DNA of 63,950 bases, filler included, from Octopus bimaculoides (Eukaryota), in NCBI RefSeq assembly GCF_001194135.2. It is 5 parts of 5 records of this genome, joined end to end, with 100 filler letters (N's around TTAATTAATTAA, not from the genome) between each part and the next. Parts side by side here need not be neighbours in the genome. Positions count along the whole stretch, not along the records: positions 1 to 23,382 come from NC_068998.1; 4 more parts are not named here. One strand, written 5' to 3'. The notes under the pieces were generated by a model, which searched no databases, was not told where the DNA came from, and was given only the letters and a program-made list of their open reading frames with translations. Both the position numbers and the translations under genes were made by a program. This document shows, piece after piece, positions 1-11,699 of the stretch (position 1 is its first letter; each line of letters begins with the position of its first letter).

Positions 1-1526
1 GCATCCAGTTCTATTTAGCAATTCAGTTAAAGGTGTGAGTGCCAGGCAGAACAGGAGTGGAGAGAGCGTGTCTCCCTGGAATATTCCTCTTCTAATGGGG
101 ATGGCTTTCGTTTTCACAAGTCCCTCTTTTGTTTGGAGCTGTAGCACTGTCTGCCTTTTGTTCATTGAGTGCCTTATGTATTTTATAATAATTGGTGCCA
201 CGTTGTTTATGGCTAGTGTTTCCACAATCCACGTGTGGGGAACACTGTCGAAAGCCTTTTGGTAGTCCACCCAGGCCATACTGAGGCCTTTCTTCTTTCT
301 GCGGCTATCTTCAGTTATGGCTTTATTGATCAATAATTGGCCTTTACAGCCGTATAAGCTCTTGCAGCATCCCTTCTGCTCTTCTGGAAACAGGTTGTTA
401 TTTTCCAGGTGCCTACTCAATCTCTGCGATATTATTGCAGTAAAGGCTTTGTAGATCGTAGGGGGACAGGTTATAGGTCTATAGTTTTCTGGTTTCTCCG
501 TTTCCGTGGATTTGGGGATTAAGATGGTTTTCCCTTTTGTGAGCCATTCAGGCATTGACTCTGGATCTGCTAGTATGTTGTTAAAGTTTTCTTCCAGCTT
601 TTTTGCATTCCTGGCAGGTGTTATAACCAGAAGTTGGAGATTTTGTCGTGTCCAGATGCCTTCCAGTTGCTTAGACTTTGCAGTGTCTGTGTGACCTCTT
701 CAGTTGTTATAGGGGCCCAGAGTTGCTCAGGTGCTAAGTTCGTTGTTTTAATTGTCCTTTTCTGGGATTGTTGTTGCTTTACCGACCATATTTGTTTCCA
801 GAATTCTTCCAGTTCTGCTGTTGGTGCTGCAGTAATGTCTATTTTATTTTTACCCAGTTCTTGGTAGAGTTTTTTGGGGTTGGATTTGAACTGTTTGTTT
901 TGTTCAAAGAAACGTTGGCGTTTCTCATACCGGCGGATCCTTTGTGCTTTGGCAAGGATGTCTTGCTTTAGTTTTTCTTTTGCCTCAGGTAAGTCTTTTT
1001 CGGTAATGCTGTATTGGTACAGTATTTGTGTTTCCTTCTTGTTACTTAGTTGTGTTGATTGTCTACTAATTTCATTGAGAATCGATAAATCCTTTCTCTT
1101 TTTCTAATTTTGTTCTAGATGTTATTTATCCACAATGTCTGTTTGGGTGGTAGAACTCCTGTTTGGATGGGTTTGAGTGAGTATCCTGCTTNNNNNNNNN
1201 NTTGCCGGAAATGTTACGTTTGTCCTCGTGTTCTGCTATCTCAGTGTTTATATTATAATTTGGCATTGCTGTGTGACTATAATCTAGATTTTCCTGATGT
1301 ATATTTCCTTTGAATTGTTCTATTTCTATTTCTGATATCTTTTTTGCTTTTAGAATATATCTTCTTATGTTAGCTAGTTTGTTAGGGTTCATTGTTTTAT
1401 GGAGGTCTTTATTTACATTATTTTTCTTCCATATTTTATATGTATGTGTTGTTGCGTTTTCGTTTTTTTGGTAGAGCACTGCTGTGAAATAGGCGTGTAG
1501 GAGCGAAATGTATTCCTCACGTGTCC

Positions 1527-1529
<3 letters not shown>
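1..1529 (-). mobile_element. R4/Dong-like non-LTR retrotransposon, N-terminal region plus RT domain (runs off the window start; disabled)
   Basis: Minus-strand translation gives KWTREEYISLLHAYF (N-term), NWKASGHDKISNFW, YRPITCPPTIYK, PEEQKGC, AWVDYQKAFDSVPHTW and RRGIFQGDTLSPLLFCLAL. The frame is open from ~600 to 1, with a frameshift near 601-605, a stop just upstream and a 10-N gap at 1192-1201. Confidence 0.9.

Positions 1530-1593
<64 letters not shown>
1530..1593. repeat. (ATT)n/(TAA)n microsatellite between two LINE copies
   Basis: About 21 perfect ATT units, read directly. Confidence 0.98.
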
Positions 1594-1596
<3 letters not shown>

Positions 1597-1765
1597 TAGT
1601 TTTATTTTTATAGCGTGCTTCCACCTCACTATCGAGCGCAGCTCTGTATGCCTTGGGTATGTGCTGTGGTTTGCTGTGATGCTCTTATGTTTACTGTATT
1701 GAAAGTGTTTTGCATAGGTTGTGTGCAGTGCCCAGTAGTAACATTTTCTGTATGTTATATATTTG
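1594..1765 (-). mobile_element. 3' end (C-terminus plus 3'UTR) of an R4/Dong-like LINE, heavily 5'-truncated
   Basis: Minus strand reads IYNIQKMLLLGTAHNLCKTLSIQ* (stop at 1693-1691), then ~100 bp UTR ending ...AAAACTACTG followed by (AAT)n. The QK..LLGTA.. motif is typical of the C-terminus of REL-type ORFs. Confidence 0.8.
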
Positions 1766-1809
1766 ACACATTATTAATTAGTATAATAGCATAGCATGCA
1801 AAAAACTAT

Positions 1810-4118
1810 TATTACATGGAATAATGCGAGCAAGAGAAATAATAACCTTAAGATTATAAGCCTGTAAAAGTACAGGACAAGTTATTACACTTGCAAAAGT
1901 TCAGGACAGCTTATTACATCGGGTAAAGTAGAGAACACAAAAACTTTTTTACGTAAAATACTGCAGCTAATGGTGAACTTTGAACATTAAAAATTACTTG
2001 ATTGTAGTTTACAAAGTAACATTAAAATTAAAACAAGTACCATCATTTTGTTAAAATATTGATACGCGACAATACTTAAAAGTGAGACCCAGAAGTATCA
2101 ATATGGCTAAAGTTTTATGCAAAGTAGAATAGCATATATGGTAGGAAAAGTAATTATGTAAAAAATAGTCTTTGGGCCAAGACTAAAAATGTTAAAACTG
2201 CAATAACGTATGCAATAGCCCAAGCAAATTTTACTGTGAATATCTTGTTATAGGTAGATTTTACTGTAATATATAACCAATTTTTGTATTTTTCAATTTA
2301 TTGTAATAACTAACTTTGTACTACGATTAACAGGTCATCCCATAAGTTCTGTCCGAATTTTGAATAGAGAAAACAAGTGATCAAACGTTATATTTAATTG
2401 TAATTTAATCATCAATGTACGTTCCCTGATTATCTATGACTTCCTTCCGTCTATTTACAAGCTTGTAAACCGCATCAATAAAAAACACTTTTGGTTTCAA
2501 AGCGAAGAACTCTGAAATGTTAGTGCCGAACTCCGCCTGGCTTGCGAAAGTTATGACCCCCAAATGATTCTGTAAACTACGAAACAAATGGTAGTCTGAA
2601 GGAGAAAGGTTGGGAGAACAAGCTAGATGAGGATTTTTTCCAACCAAGCTCTGCGATTTTCTTTGATGTGATCTTTGCAGTGTGGGGTCGCGCATTGTCC
2701 TGATGAAACACCACTTCTTTTCGATTCACTAAAGTGGGTCTTTTTTTTCTTCAAAAGCTGAGTTCAAACAGTCTAATTGCTAACAGTACGCTTGAGCATT
2801 GATTGTTGCATTAGGTGGGAACAATTCAAAGTGAATTTCTCCTTTGCAATCCCACCAGATAGAGAGACGAATCTTTTTCCCATGGAGTTACCTTCTCGGT
2901 TGTGGTTGAGCTTTTTCACTTTTACCAAGCCACTATTTACGACGTTTAACATTACGATAGAAAGATCCATTTTTCGTCACCAGTCACAAGTCTATCCAAA
3001 AAGGGTGAAATGAGTTCGCGAGAATAGAAAGAAAAGCAAATGTGAACTCGAGATTTGTGGTTAATCTTTGACGATTCATGAGGCACCCATTTGCCAAGTT
3101 TAGGAACTTTTCCCCAGTGTTGAAGATGGCAAGGAACAGTGGTATAATTTGAACTAAGCTTTATTGCCAATTCTTCAAATGATAATACAGGATTNNNNNN
3201 NNNNNNNNNNNNNNNNNNNNNNNNNNNNNNNNNNNNNNNNNNNNNNNNNNNNNNNNNNNNNNNNNNNNNNNNNNNNNNNNNNNNNNNNNNNNNNNNNNNN
3301 NNNNNNNNNNNNNNNNNNNNNNNNNNNNNNNNNNNNNNNNNNNNNNNNNNNNNNNNNNNNNNNNNNNNNNNNNNNNNNNNNNNNNNNNNNNNNNNNNNNN
3401 NNNNNNNNNNNNNNNNNNNNNNNNNNNNNNNNNNNNNNNNNNNNNNNNNNNNNNNNNNNNNNNNNNNNNNNNNNNNNNNNNNNNNNNNNNNNNNNNNNNN
3501 NNNNNNNNNNNNNNNNNNNNNNNNNNNNNNNNNNNNNNNNNNNNNNNNNNNNNNNNNNNNNNNNNNNNNNNNNNNNNNNNNNNNNNNNNNNNNNNNNNNN
3601 NNNNNNNNNNNNNNNNNNNNNNNNNNNNNNNNNNNNNNNNNNNNNNNNNNNNNNNNNNNNNNNNNNNNNNNNNNNNNNNNNNNNNNNNNNNNNNNNNNNN
3701 NNNNNNNNNNNNNNNNNNNNNNNNNNNNNNNNNNNNNNNNNNNNNNNNCATTCAATTCTAAAAAACGTAAAATCGGACAGAACTTATGGGATGACCTATT
3801 TTCAAATTTGTAATTATTAATTAATAACCCAAAAAATGAATTTTTATAGTGGAAAAATATTTTGAACTATTTTTTTATTTATAGAAGTAACAAGTAATAA
3901 CAAAAAGAAGTAACAACTTGCAATAAAATTTTTAGTTTCAATAAAAGCAAATATTCTAAATCTAAATATTTAATTTGAAATGTTATCCTTACCTGCAATA
4001 CTTTAAATAAAACTTTTCTCGTTCTGTACTTTACCAAATATAATAACTTGTCCTCTAATTTTCCAGATTTATAATCTTAAGAATATTATTTATCTTGCTC
4101 GTATTTTTCCATGTAATA
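1810..4118. mobile_element. Putative non-autonomous TIR DNA element (~110-140 bp imperfect terminal inverted repeats) interrupted by a mariner
   Basis: 1810-1950 (TATTACATGGAATAATGCGAGCAAGAGAAAT...GGACAAGTTATTA...GGTAAAGTAGAGAAC) matches the reverse complement of ~4010-4118 (TATTACATGGAAAAATACGAGCAAGATAAAT...GGACAAGTTATTA...GGTAAAGTACAGAAC). Both ends terminate in TA. Confidence 0.55.
2332..3797 (-). mobile_element. Mariner (DD34D-type) transposon with both TIRs; transposase decayed and partly in a gap
   Basis: Perfect 25-bp TIRs AGGTCATCCCATAAGTTCTGTCCGA (2332-2356 and 3773-3797). Minus-strand peptides include GKWVPHE, FLDRLVTGDEKWI and CSPNLSPSDYHLFRSLQNHL. Confidence 0.95.
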
Positions 4119-4989
4119 TAAAATGGTTAGACACCTTTAGATGAATATTTCTTTTAGATGATTTCAAGTATTCTTTTATTTGTTTCTTGATTTTCAAATT
4201 TTCTTCATCTTCTTTAATTCTGTGTAGATCTATTATAGCCTGTTATGATCTGCTGTGCAAGTTTTCTTGCATATATGCTTCATATATTTCTACACTTTCA
4301 TTGCATCACCTCCTCACATACATAATCTGCTTATTATATTTCAATATCTGTCGGGAGCTATACTAAAACGGAAAAAAATCGAAGTCATTATTATTCATTT
4401 CTTTTTTTAAATGTCGAAAATATTTTATAAAGAGAAATATATTTCTCAAAAAGAAAAAAATCTCCCAACTTGTAGGGCAATATACACTACCAAAAATATG
4501 CCAAGTTAAAGTACATGAGACCAAGTTAAAATACATACATATAGAGATGATGTACAAGCCGCAACATGAATTATAGCTGAAACAAAATTATAAAACATAT
4601 TTTAAAAACATGAACTGTTTCGTTTCATTGATTACAACTGCAAACATTGATCCAAATCTCTTAACGTTGACACAATCAATTATACATATACATAATCAAT
4701 TATACATAAAGAAAAAGCAAAAACAAAAGAGAAACCAATGACATTCTGATATATACGCAGACATATTTAACCGACCGTTCTCAGTTATAATGGAAACGAT
4801 TATAAAATACATGTGTGAAATACAAAATTATGATGCTACAGGAAATAGTCAATGTTACGGTAGCTTCATATATTGAAATACAGACTAATGAAAAGTGAGC
4901 CACGACTGTTATAATCTAAATCACCAACTGATACATCACTCTTTTTAGCATAAAAGTAGCGACAAACTTGGTGAAAATATCATAAACGC

Positions 4990-5240
4990 AGCAAAATCGT
5001 CCAAATAAACGCTGATATCAAAATCAATTCAACAGGACAATAACTAAGTTTGATATCGTATAGAAAAGTATGCCACCAATATCAGAAGCAAACACGTACG
5101 TAACAAACCACCCGAGAAAGCTAATGAAAAATTACAACTATCGACACCGTGTCCCGTAAGAGGGAATTGCATTGGAGAACTATAATCTACAAAACAACAG
5201 AGCAGCAATTGGGGCAAATCTACAAAGTCCATACACTAAA
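4990..5240 (+). mobile_element. Very decayed Penelope-like fragment (RT to GIY-YIG linker)
   Basis: Frameshifted peptides FNRTITKF..SMP and CPVRGNCI..IIYKT resemble the CxC..CPL.G.CL...IIYKA linker of Penelope-type ORFs. Recognised by eye only. Confidence 0.3.
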
Positions 5241-5652
5241 ATAATAGAAACGTTAAAAGTTATATTCTATATATAGGTATACTAGACTTGCAGTATTTAA
5301 AGGGGAAAAGGAATATAAATACCCACCTATCTTTCAGACTTTACAGGGAATAATGTAAATACGAATCAGGCAATAAGAAATAGTACCACAATCATTATTT
5401 CTCACTTCACTAGAGACAATGTGTTATCTTGTTTCAGATACCAGGAAACGAATTCATTTTTCTTCAGAATTGGACCTAATTTCAAACAATATACTGCATG
5501 ATTTGCTACCTGCTAATGCATATAATAATTAACACATAATGGTAACTCATGCAAATTGGTTCAATCAATATAGAAATGCCCCAAATAGTCTTCTGCATAG
5601 CTATCATATGTTGCTTCTCAGGCCAGCATCTTATGAACATAATTTTTCCATA

Positions 5653-5876
5653 TCAGGACTCTCTGATGACAATTACTCTCCGAGGTCAAGTAGCCCCCGA
5701 GGAAAATTACTCCCATAGGAAGGTTCCCCCGACAACAACTACCCCTTACGACAATTATGCCCCTTGGTTAATTACCTCCTCTCCAATATATTAACAAGTG
5801 TTAAATCATTATCTGTTGTCCTCGGGGAGAATTGTCCTTAGGGAGGATATTGTCCATGGGGGCTAAATGTCCTAGA
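5653..5876. mobile_element. MITE/fold-back-like element with multiple inverted subterminal motifs
   Basis: Left half carries GACAATTACTCTCC / GAAAATTACTCCC / GACAATTATGCCCC; right half carries the inverse GGGGAGAATTGTCC / GGGAGGATATTGTCC / GGGGGCTAAATGTCC. Confidence 0.6.
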
Positions 5877-6066
5877 CTTTAATTTTTCAGTGATGTTTAT
5901 CGAATCATATATAAATGTATTCAGAGAAATCAAATATTACTGTGTTCTTATATAGTGTATTTGCTGTTTGTTATGTCCATTTAGACTGCGAAGTAACCGT
6001 ATCCAGCTTGGATCTGCTCTGGTGACCATTGTACAATTTTGCTAAAAAAAAGATACACATTTCTAC

Positions 6067-6465
6067 ATAGGCGCAGGTGTGGTTGCTTGGTAAGTAACCA
6101 CATGGTTCCGAATTCAGTCCCACTACGTGGCACCTTGAGAAAATATCTTCTACTATAGCCTCTGACCGACCAAAGTCTTGAAAGTAGATTTCGAAGACGG
6201 AAACTGAAAGAAGCAAGCCCGTCGTATATATATATATGTATGTATATAAATATGTTTATGTGTCTGTGTTTCCCGTCCCCATCATCGCTTGACAACCGGT
6301 GTTGGTGTGTTTATGTGCCCGTAAAGTAGCAGTTCGGTAAAAGATACCGATAAACCAAGTACTAGGCTTACGAAGCGTAAGTTCAGGGGTCGGTTTGTTC
6401 GACTAAGGGCAATGCTGCAGGATGGCTGCAATCAAGTAACTGAAAAAGTGAAAGAATGAAAGAAT
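6067..6465 (+). mobile_element. tRNA-derived SINE, family B (bipartite with internal TA/TG microsatellite), near full length
   Basis: Head AGGCGCAGG..GTGG..GGTAAG...TTCAGTCCCACT, core GGAAACTGAAAGAAGC, tail CATCGCTTGACAACCG...GACTAA...AAAGAA. It matches about eight other copies in the window. Confidence 0.9.
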
Positions 6466-7385
6466 ATAGATTTACAAAAGGCTTCTAAAGGTATTAGATT
6501 TGGTTTTACACTAAAATATATTAGCGTTGATTTACTACTAAAATGTAATAAGAGTTGATTTTGCTTTGGGACGGATTATACTATTATTTATAGCAGAAGC
6601 AAAAGAAATATCTATTGGTGTCCTCTCCGTTCTTGGAGACACACACAGGAAATGAGAGGTTTTCACTTTTATATGTCATTGTGCAGTTTGCCTGCTCCTT
6701 GTAAAAGATCAATGAGTCCCATCGATACGCACCAAACTGTCTCTAGGATTGGGCTCTCTGCTTTGCAATACCCGATCGTTATTTTCCCAATGTATTGCGT
6801 AGATTCCAATTTAAATGCATTTATTGAATTTATGCGTCTATTATTGAGGTGGATGGTTAACGGTCAAAAAACATTTAGATTATAATGAATCTGTTTATAG
6901 TGAGAACCAGAACCATTGACAAAATTCCGAATGAATAATTTCAAATTTTGTCAATACATCAATGTTGTGCATGTAAATATTAATGCTGTTAGACGATTTT
7001 ACTGTTCAAGTTGAGTGACATCAAAAAGTATCTCTAATATATAGTGTACCTATTCGTTAAGACATAATTTTATAAAAAAAGCATATCACTTAAGGCATAG
7101 GCGGGCGCGCACACACACGTATATGTATCTGCATGTATTATGTATGTATATATATATATATATATATAGGTTATGAGCGATAGTGATGTCAGTTACACCC
7201 AGAGGTTTCAGTTAATGCTGAGTAAGTATTATGGATAGACCATAGTTAAGCTCCAGGTTTGGTGGTTATGCGAATAAGGGGTGCAACGTAGGTCATATAT
7301 CATCGTGTGAATATAAGAATTTACTTTTCATAATGAGATAAAAAAAACCAAGGCTGTGTAGGAAGAAAGGAAGGAATTTCAACCA

Positions 7386-7861
7386 TGTTTCGTGGTCTGC
7401 TACCACAACAGCTCCTTTATAGGATCCAGTTAGCTCAAGACATCATCAGGAGGAACCACGTCCAGTTTCGGCCCCTACTCCTCTACAGTTTTGACGTGGC
7501 GGGGCCCCTCCTTTCGGAGGTGTCTTCAGCTCTGGTGTTGGGTGCATGTCTTCTTTCTTCTATTCCCTGGCCTCTTCGATGCAGCATCAACGAGTGTCAG
7601 CGTCCGACTGATCGTCATGTCAAGTTCCCATTTTTATATCTGCTGCTAGGCTCCAAAAGGCATCCCCAGCTAGTTGTCACGTGACACTGTCTAAATTTCC
7701 CGCTGCTAGGGTCCAGTAGGCAGCACCAGCAAGTTGTCACATGACACTGTCTAAACTTCCCGCTGCTAGGCTCCAGGAAGTTGTCACATGACACTGTCTG
7801 CACTTTAACTGACAATGGAGGGCGCGAAGCTACTTCAGTGTCAGCCTGTCTCACCTAGACA
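7386..7861. mobile_element. LTR-like GC-richer segment (TGT...ACA) with internal 60-bp tandem repeat
   Basis: Begins TGTTTCG and ends CTAGACA, with higher GC than the flanks. No convincing 4-5 bp TSD; the right flank runs into an N gap. Confidence 0.35.
7641..7799. repeat. Tandem repeat, 60-bp unit x ~2.7
   Basis: Units 7641-7700, 7701-7760 and 7761-7799 (internally deleted), each with GCTGCTAGG...AGTTGTCAC(G/A)TGACACTGTCT. Confidence 0.95.
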
Positions 7862-10066
7862 TGTTNNNNNNNNNNNNNNNNNNNNNNNNNNNNNNNNNNN
7901 NNNNNNNNNNNNNNNNNNNNNNNNNNNNNNNNNNNNNNNNNNNNNNNNNNNNNNNNNNNNNNNNNNNNNNNNNNNNNNNNNNNNNNNNNNNNNNNNNNNN
8001 NNNNNNNNNNNNNNNNNNNNNNNNNNNNNNNNNNNNNNNNNNNNNNNNNNNNNNNNNNNNNNNNNNNNNNNNNNNNNNNNNNNNNNNNNNNNNNNNNNNN
8101 NNNNNNNNNNNNNNNNNNNNNNNNNNNNNNNNNNNNNNNNNNNNNNNNNNNNNNNNNNNNNNNNNNNNNNNNNNNNNNNNNNNNNNNNNNNNNNNNNNNN
8201 NNNNNNNNNNNNNNNNNNNNNNNNNNNNNNNNNNNNNNNNNNNNNNNNNNNNNNNNNNNNNNNNNNNNNNNNNNNNNNNNNNNNNNNNNNNNNNNNNNNN
8301 NNNNNNNNNNNNNNNNNNNNNNNNNNNNNNNNTATATATATATTCTTCAGTTATTATCTGTAACTAAATTGCCCTACTCACATAGCGTTAATATACACTG
8401 AAGCAGTCAAACAAATATATCTCTCATGCATCCATGCAACCGCGTCACACTTGCACATTTCAATATATATTCTAAGATAAAATGCTGCTAAAGTCGACGT
8501 TGCCTTTTATTCTTGCGTCGTCCATAAAATCCAGTTACATTGGGTCTTCTTTGGGTAAATCTATGATCAGAAAGGGTGGCCATGTAGTACAGCATGGTGC
8601 AAGGAAGGAGATTATGGTTATACAGTACTTCATATTGAAAGGAAATGATGGCTAGCAGTTCCAAAGTTGTGCAGATATTCGAATATTCCTATATCAGAAA
8701 TGTATCGAATCACTTAGCTTGTAACATGATCATTGGCAACGATGATGTTGGGAATGGAAATACTAAAATATAAACGGTTCAATTCTTCAATCGGCCCTTG
8801 CTTCAAACCCACTTGCCAGTGCTTCATGGCTCATTTAAGGGTCTTTGGTCTTTTGAAGTTAAGTTCCAGCCAGGACACAGGTTTCGTTATTTCCGATTAA
8901 TCTAGATATTGCTATTAATGAAAATATACAAAATATGAGTGACTTTTAACTCACATTGGCATTGTGGTATTCATTAAACCGAGAATGTATTGCAATAACC
9001 CCCCAACAGATTTGGAGTCAAGTCATCCATTTAAAGTGTTGACACAACGGCATCAGTTCATTCAGACATCTCCGTGTAAACTGACATTCTGACTATAATG
9101 CAATAATACTAACCATTTTATTTATTTTATGGCACAGAATAGTTAAGCCTGTAAAGTAGGAAACGTGGAAAAGAAAAGATTCAAATTGATTGCATTTCGC
9201 TGCATATTTCCTCACGTTATATAACTTTGTTACTTTTGTGGATTTAAGTTTATTGATATGTATATATATATATATATTTAATTAATTATCTTGAGCGTTA
9301 TTTACCAGATTTAACTGTAATTGATCTTCTGCACACTGTACACGCACGCGCACAGGCACGCGCACGCGCTCACACAAATGTAGGATAGCAAGAAGATAAC
9401 GAGAAAAATGTAGATTGAAAGAATAAAATAATCTCTCATAAGTATATGAAAATATCGGGATGATTGTACGTTTACGAACCAGTACTAGGATACTTTACAG
9501 AAATAGCACTAAACATCCACATGCCGACATCTTCTATTAAACAAGCAAATATGAATGTAAGAGTTCTCTTTATTAGACCAATTGGAATACATGTTCCAAT
9601 GCACGATTCCAGTTACAGTATATTATTTATATTGTTACTTGTTCTCATACTAGTTCACTCTGCTAATGTTCTTCGTCATTAAATTTAATATTTTTCTTCT
9701 CTTGCGTTCGACATCAGTAGCATTTTCTCACTGAAGAACACTGGAATACATTTAGAAAAAAATATTCCTTTTTTTTTCTCACTTACTTTATGTTTAATAC
9801 GTAGAAATTCTGAAGTCATGATATAAATTTTTAAATATATTCTTGCTTTCTTACTTTCAATAAAAATCAAGCGATTTTATAGACAATTCACAATATGAAG
9901 CATGCTCATTTCTTCTTGTTTCTACATATGAAACAAAGTACTTAGAAGATAACTGAAATGAATTTAAACTGAAATTATTTTTATATTAAGTTCTATTATT
10001 ATGGCGGGAACTGTGTGATACACAAAAGTTGAAAATATATTCTTTGATGATCAGAAGTTGTCCATA

Positions 10067-10160
10067 CATGCATACATACATACATACATACATACATACA
10101 TACATACATACTTACATACATACATACTTACATACATACATACATAGATACATACATACA
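10067..10160. repeat. (CATA)n microsatellite
   Basis: Read directly. Confidence 0.95.
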
Positions 10161-10224
10161 TGCATACACGTATATATATACATTTGAGTAGATTTGTGTG
10201 TATGTGTGTCTATGTACGTATATA

Positions 10225-10520
10225 TTATGTCAACCCATATATAATAGGTTGTTTTATATTTATTTTATTTTTCAAAATTAAGATAAACAAAGCTCTTTTT
10301 TCATTAAAATATACTCACCTTCATTTTCTGCAATGGTGGTAAACTTGAAAGCCCCACTTCCGAAATTCATTTGTCCGTTACGAAAAATGCCCTCCAACCT
10401 GTACTTCATCAAGGATGATTTCATTTGTACGAATTCATATATTATAATTCCTAATAAATGTAATCGTACAAATTTAATCATCTTTGATGAAGACGGTGTT
10501 AGTTTGGAGGGAACCTAATT
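10225..10520 (-). mobile_element. Decayed mariner 3' end
   Basis: 10260-10340 (TTTTTCAAAATTAAGATAAACAAAG.TCTTTTT.CA.TA.AATATACT..CCTTCATTTTCT.CAATG) matches 61515-61595 of the mariner near the window end. Minus-strand peptide ...TIAENEGEYIL. Confidence 0.75.
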
Positions 10521-10781
10521 TCATTTTTCCAACATTAAACCTCCCAGACACCACCATCGGATGTAAACCCCTTGATGTTATATTTCTAAATGGATTTATT
10601 TTTATATACCTAGATTTTAAGCAAATTACACAGCTTTTCGATTTACGACATGTTATATTATAATTTCGTATTTTAATATTGTTTTTAAGACCGTGACTAT
10701 ATATTTTCGTTCAGTTTTCATATAATTTTAATATGTATATTGTATTTATATATTTTTAATGCAATTTAATATATTTTGTGG

Positions 10782-10840
<59 letters not shown>

Positions 10841-11699
10841 ATATATATATATAGTTTTAGGGAAAATAACCAATTTTCAAGAACTCATCGATGAAAATCC
10901 ACTATCACACTTTATCTATAAGGCTCAATTTAATTTTAATTTTTTATAAATTGATTTTAATTGAGTTTTTTACCCGTAATTTTGGATTTTGTCCCTAATA
11001 TTATTATATATANNNNNNNNNNNNNNNNNNNNNNNNNNNNNNNNNNNNNNNNNNNNNNNNNNNNNNNNNNNNNNNNNNNNNNNNNNNNNNNNNNNNNNNN
11101 NNNNNNNNNNNNNNNNNNNNNNNNNNNNNNNNNNNNNNNNNNNNNNNNNNNNNNNNNNNNNNNNNNNNNNNNNNNNNNNNNNNNNNNNNNNNNNNNNNNN
11201 NNNNNNNNNNNNNNNNNNNNNNNNNNNNNNNNNNNNNNNNNNNNNNNNNNNNNNNNNNNNNNNNNNNNNNNNNNNNNNNNNNNNNNNNNNNATATAGTGG
11301 CAAGGCTGATAGGTATAGGGAAGATGAAGCCTGAAACAGGAGTCTCTCTGGTCCAGTGGTCTCACCAAAGAATGGAACTCCCACCCCTGTGAACAACCAA
11401 GCGGATAAGGTAGAGAAGACCATCACAATCAACGGACACCACTGGCTTCTGCTAACGCTTACACTGCCAATGATTTTACTAAGTATTGGAGGCCTGTTGC
11501 ATCACAACAAAATCAAATTTCTTTTCCTGAGAGACCTAGGTGCAAGCAATCAAGCCTTATGCCTAAGGATCTTTGAAACCCATCTGATGCAGAAGTACAC
11601 GTACCAAAATATACTATACTACGAACAGATAGAAGGGAAAGGTACCATGGTGGATTTGCTGTATACATCCGTTAAGAGCTCACACCCCAGGTCCTAGTG

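Noticed and set aside
1126-1629. ORF with a poly-Asn run
   Set aside because: It joins the UTR of one LINE copy, the (AAT)n tract and the N-terminus of another copy; not a host gene.
7440-7475. Minus-strand GAAAC...GTT...CTGATGA resembling a type II hammerhead
   Set aside because: Only 4 nt separate the putative cleavage site from CTGATGA, so stem I cannot form.
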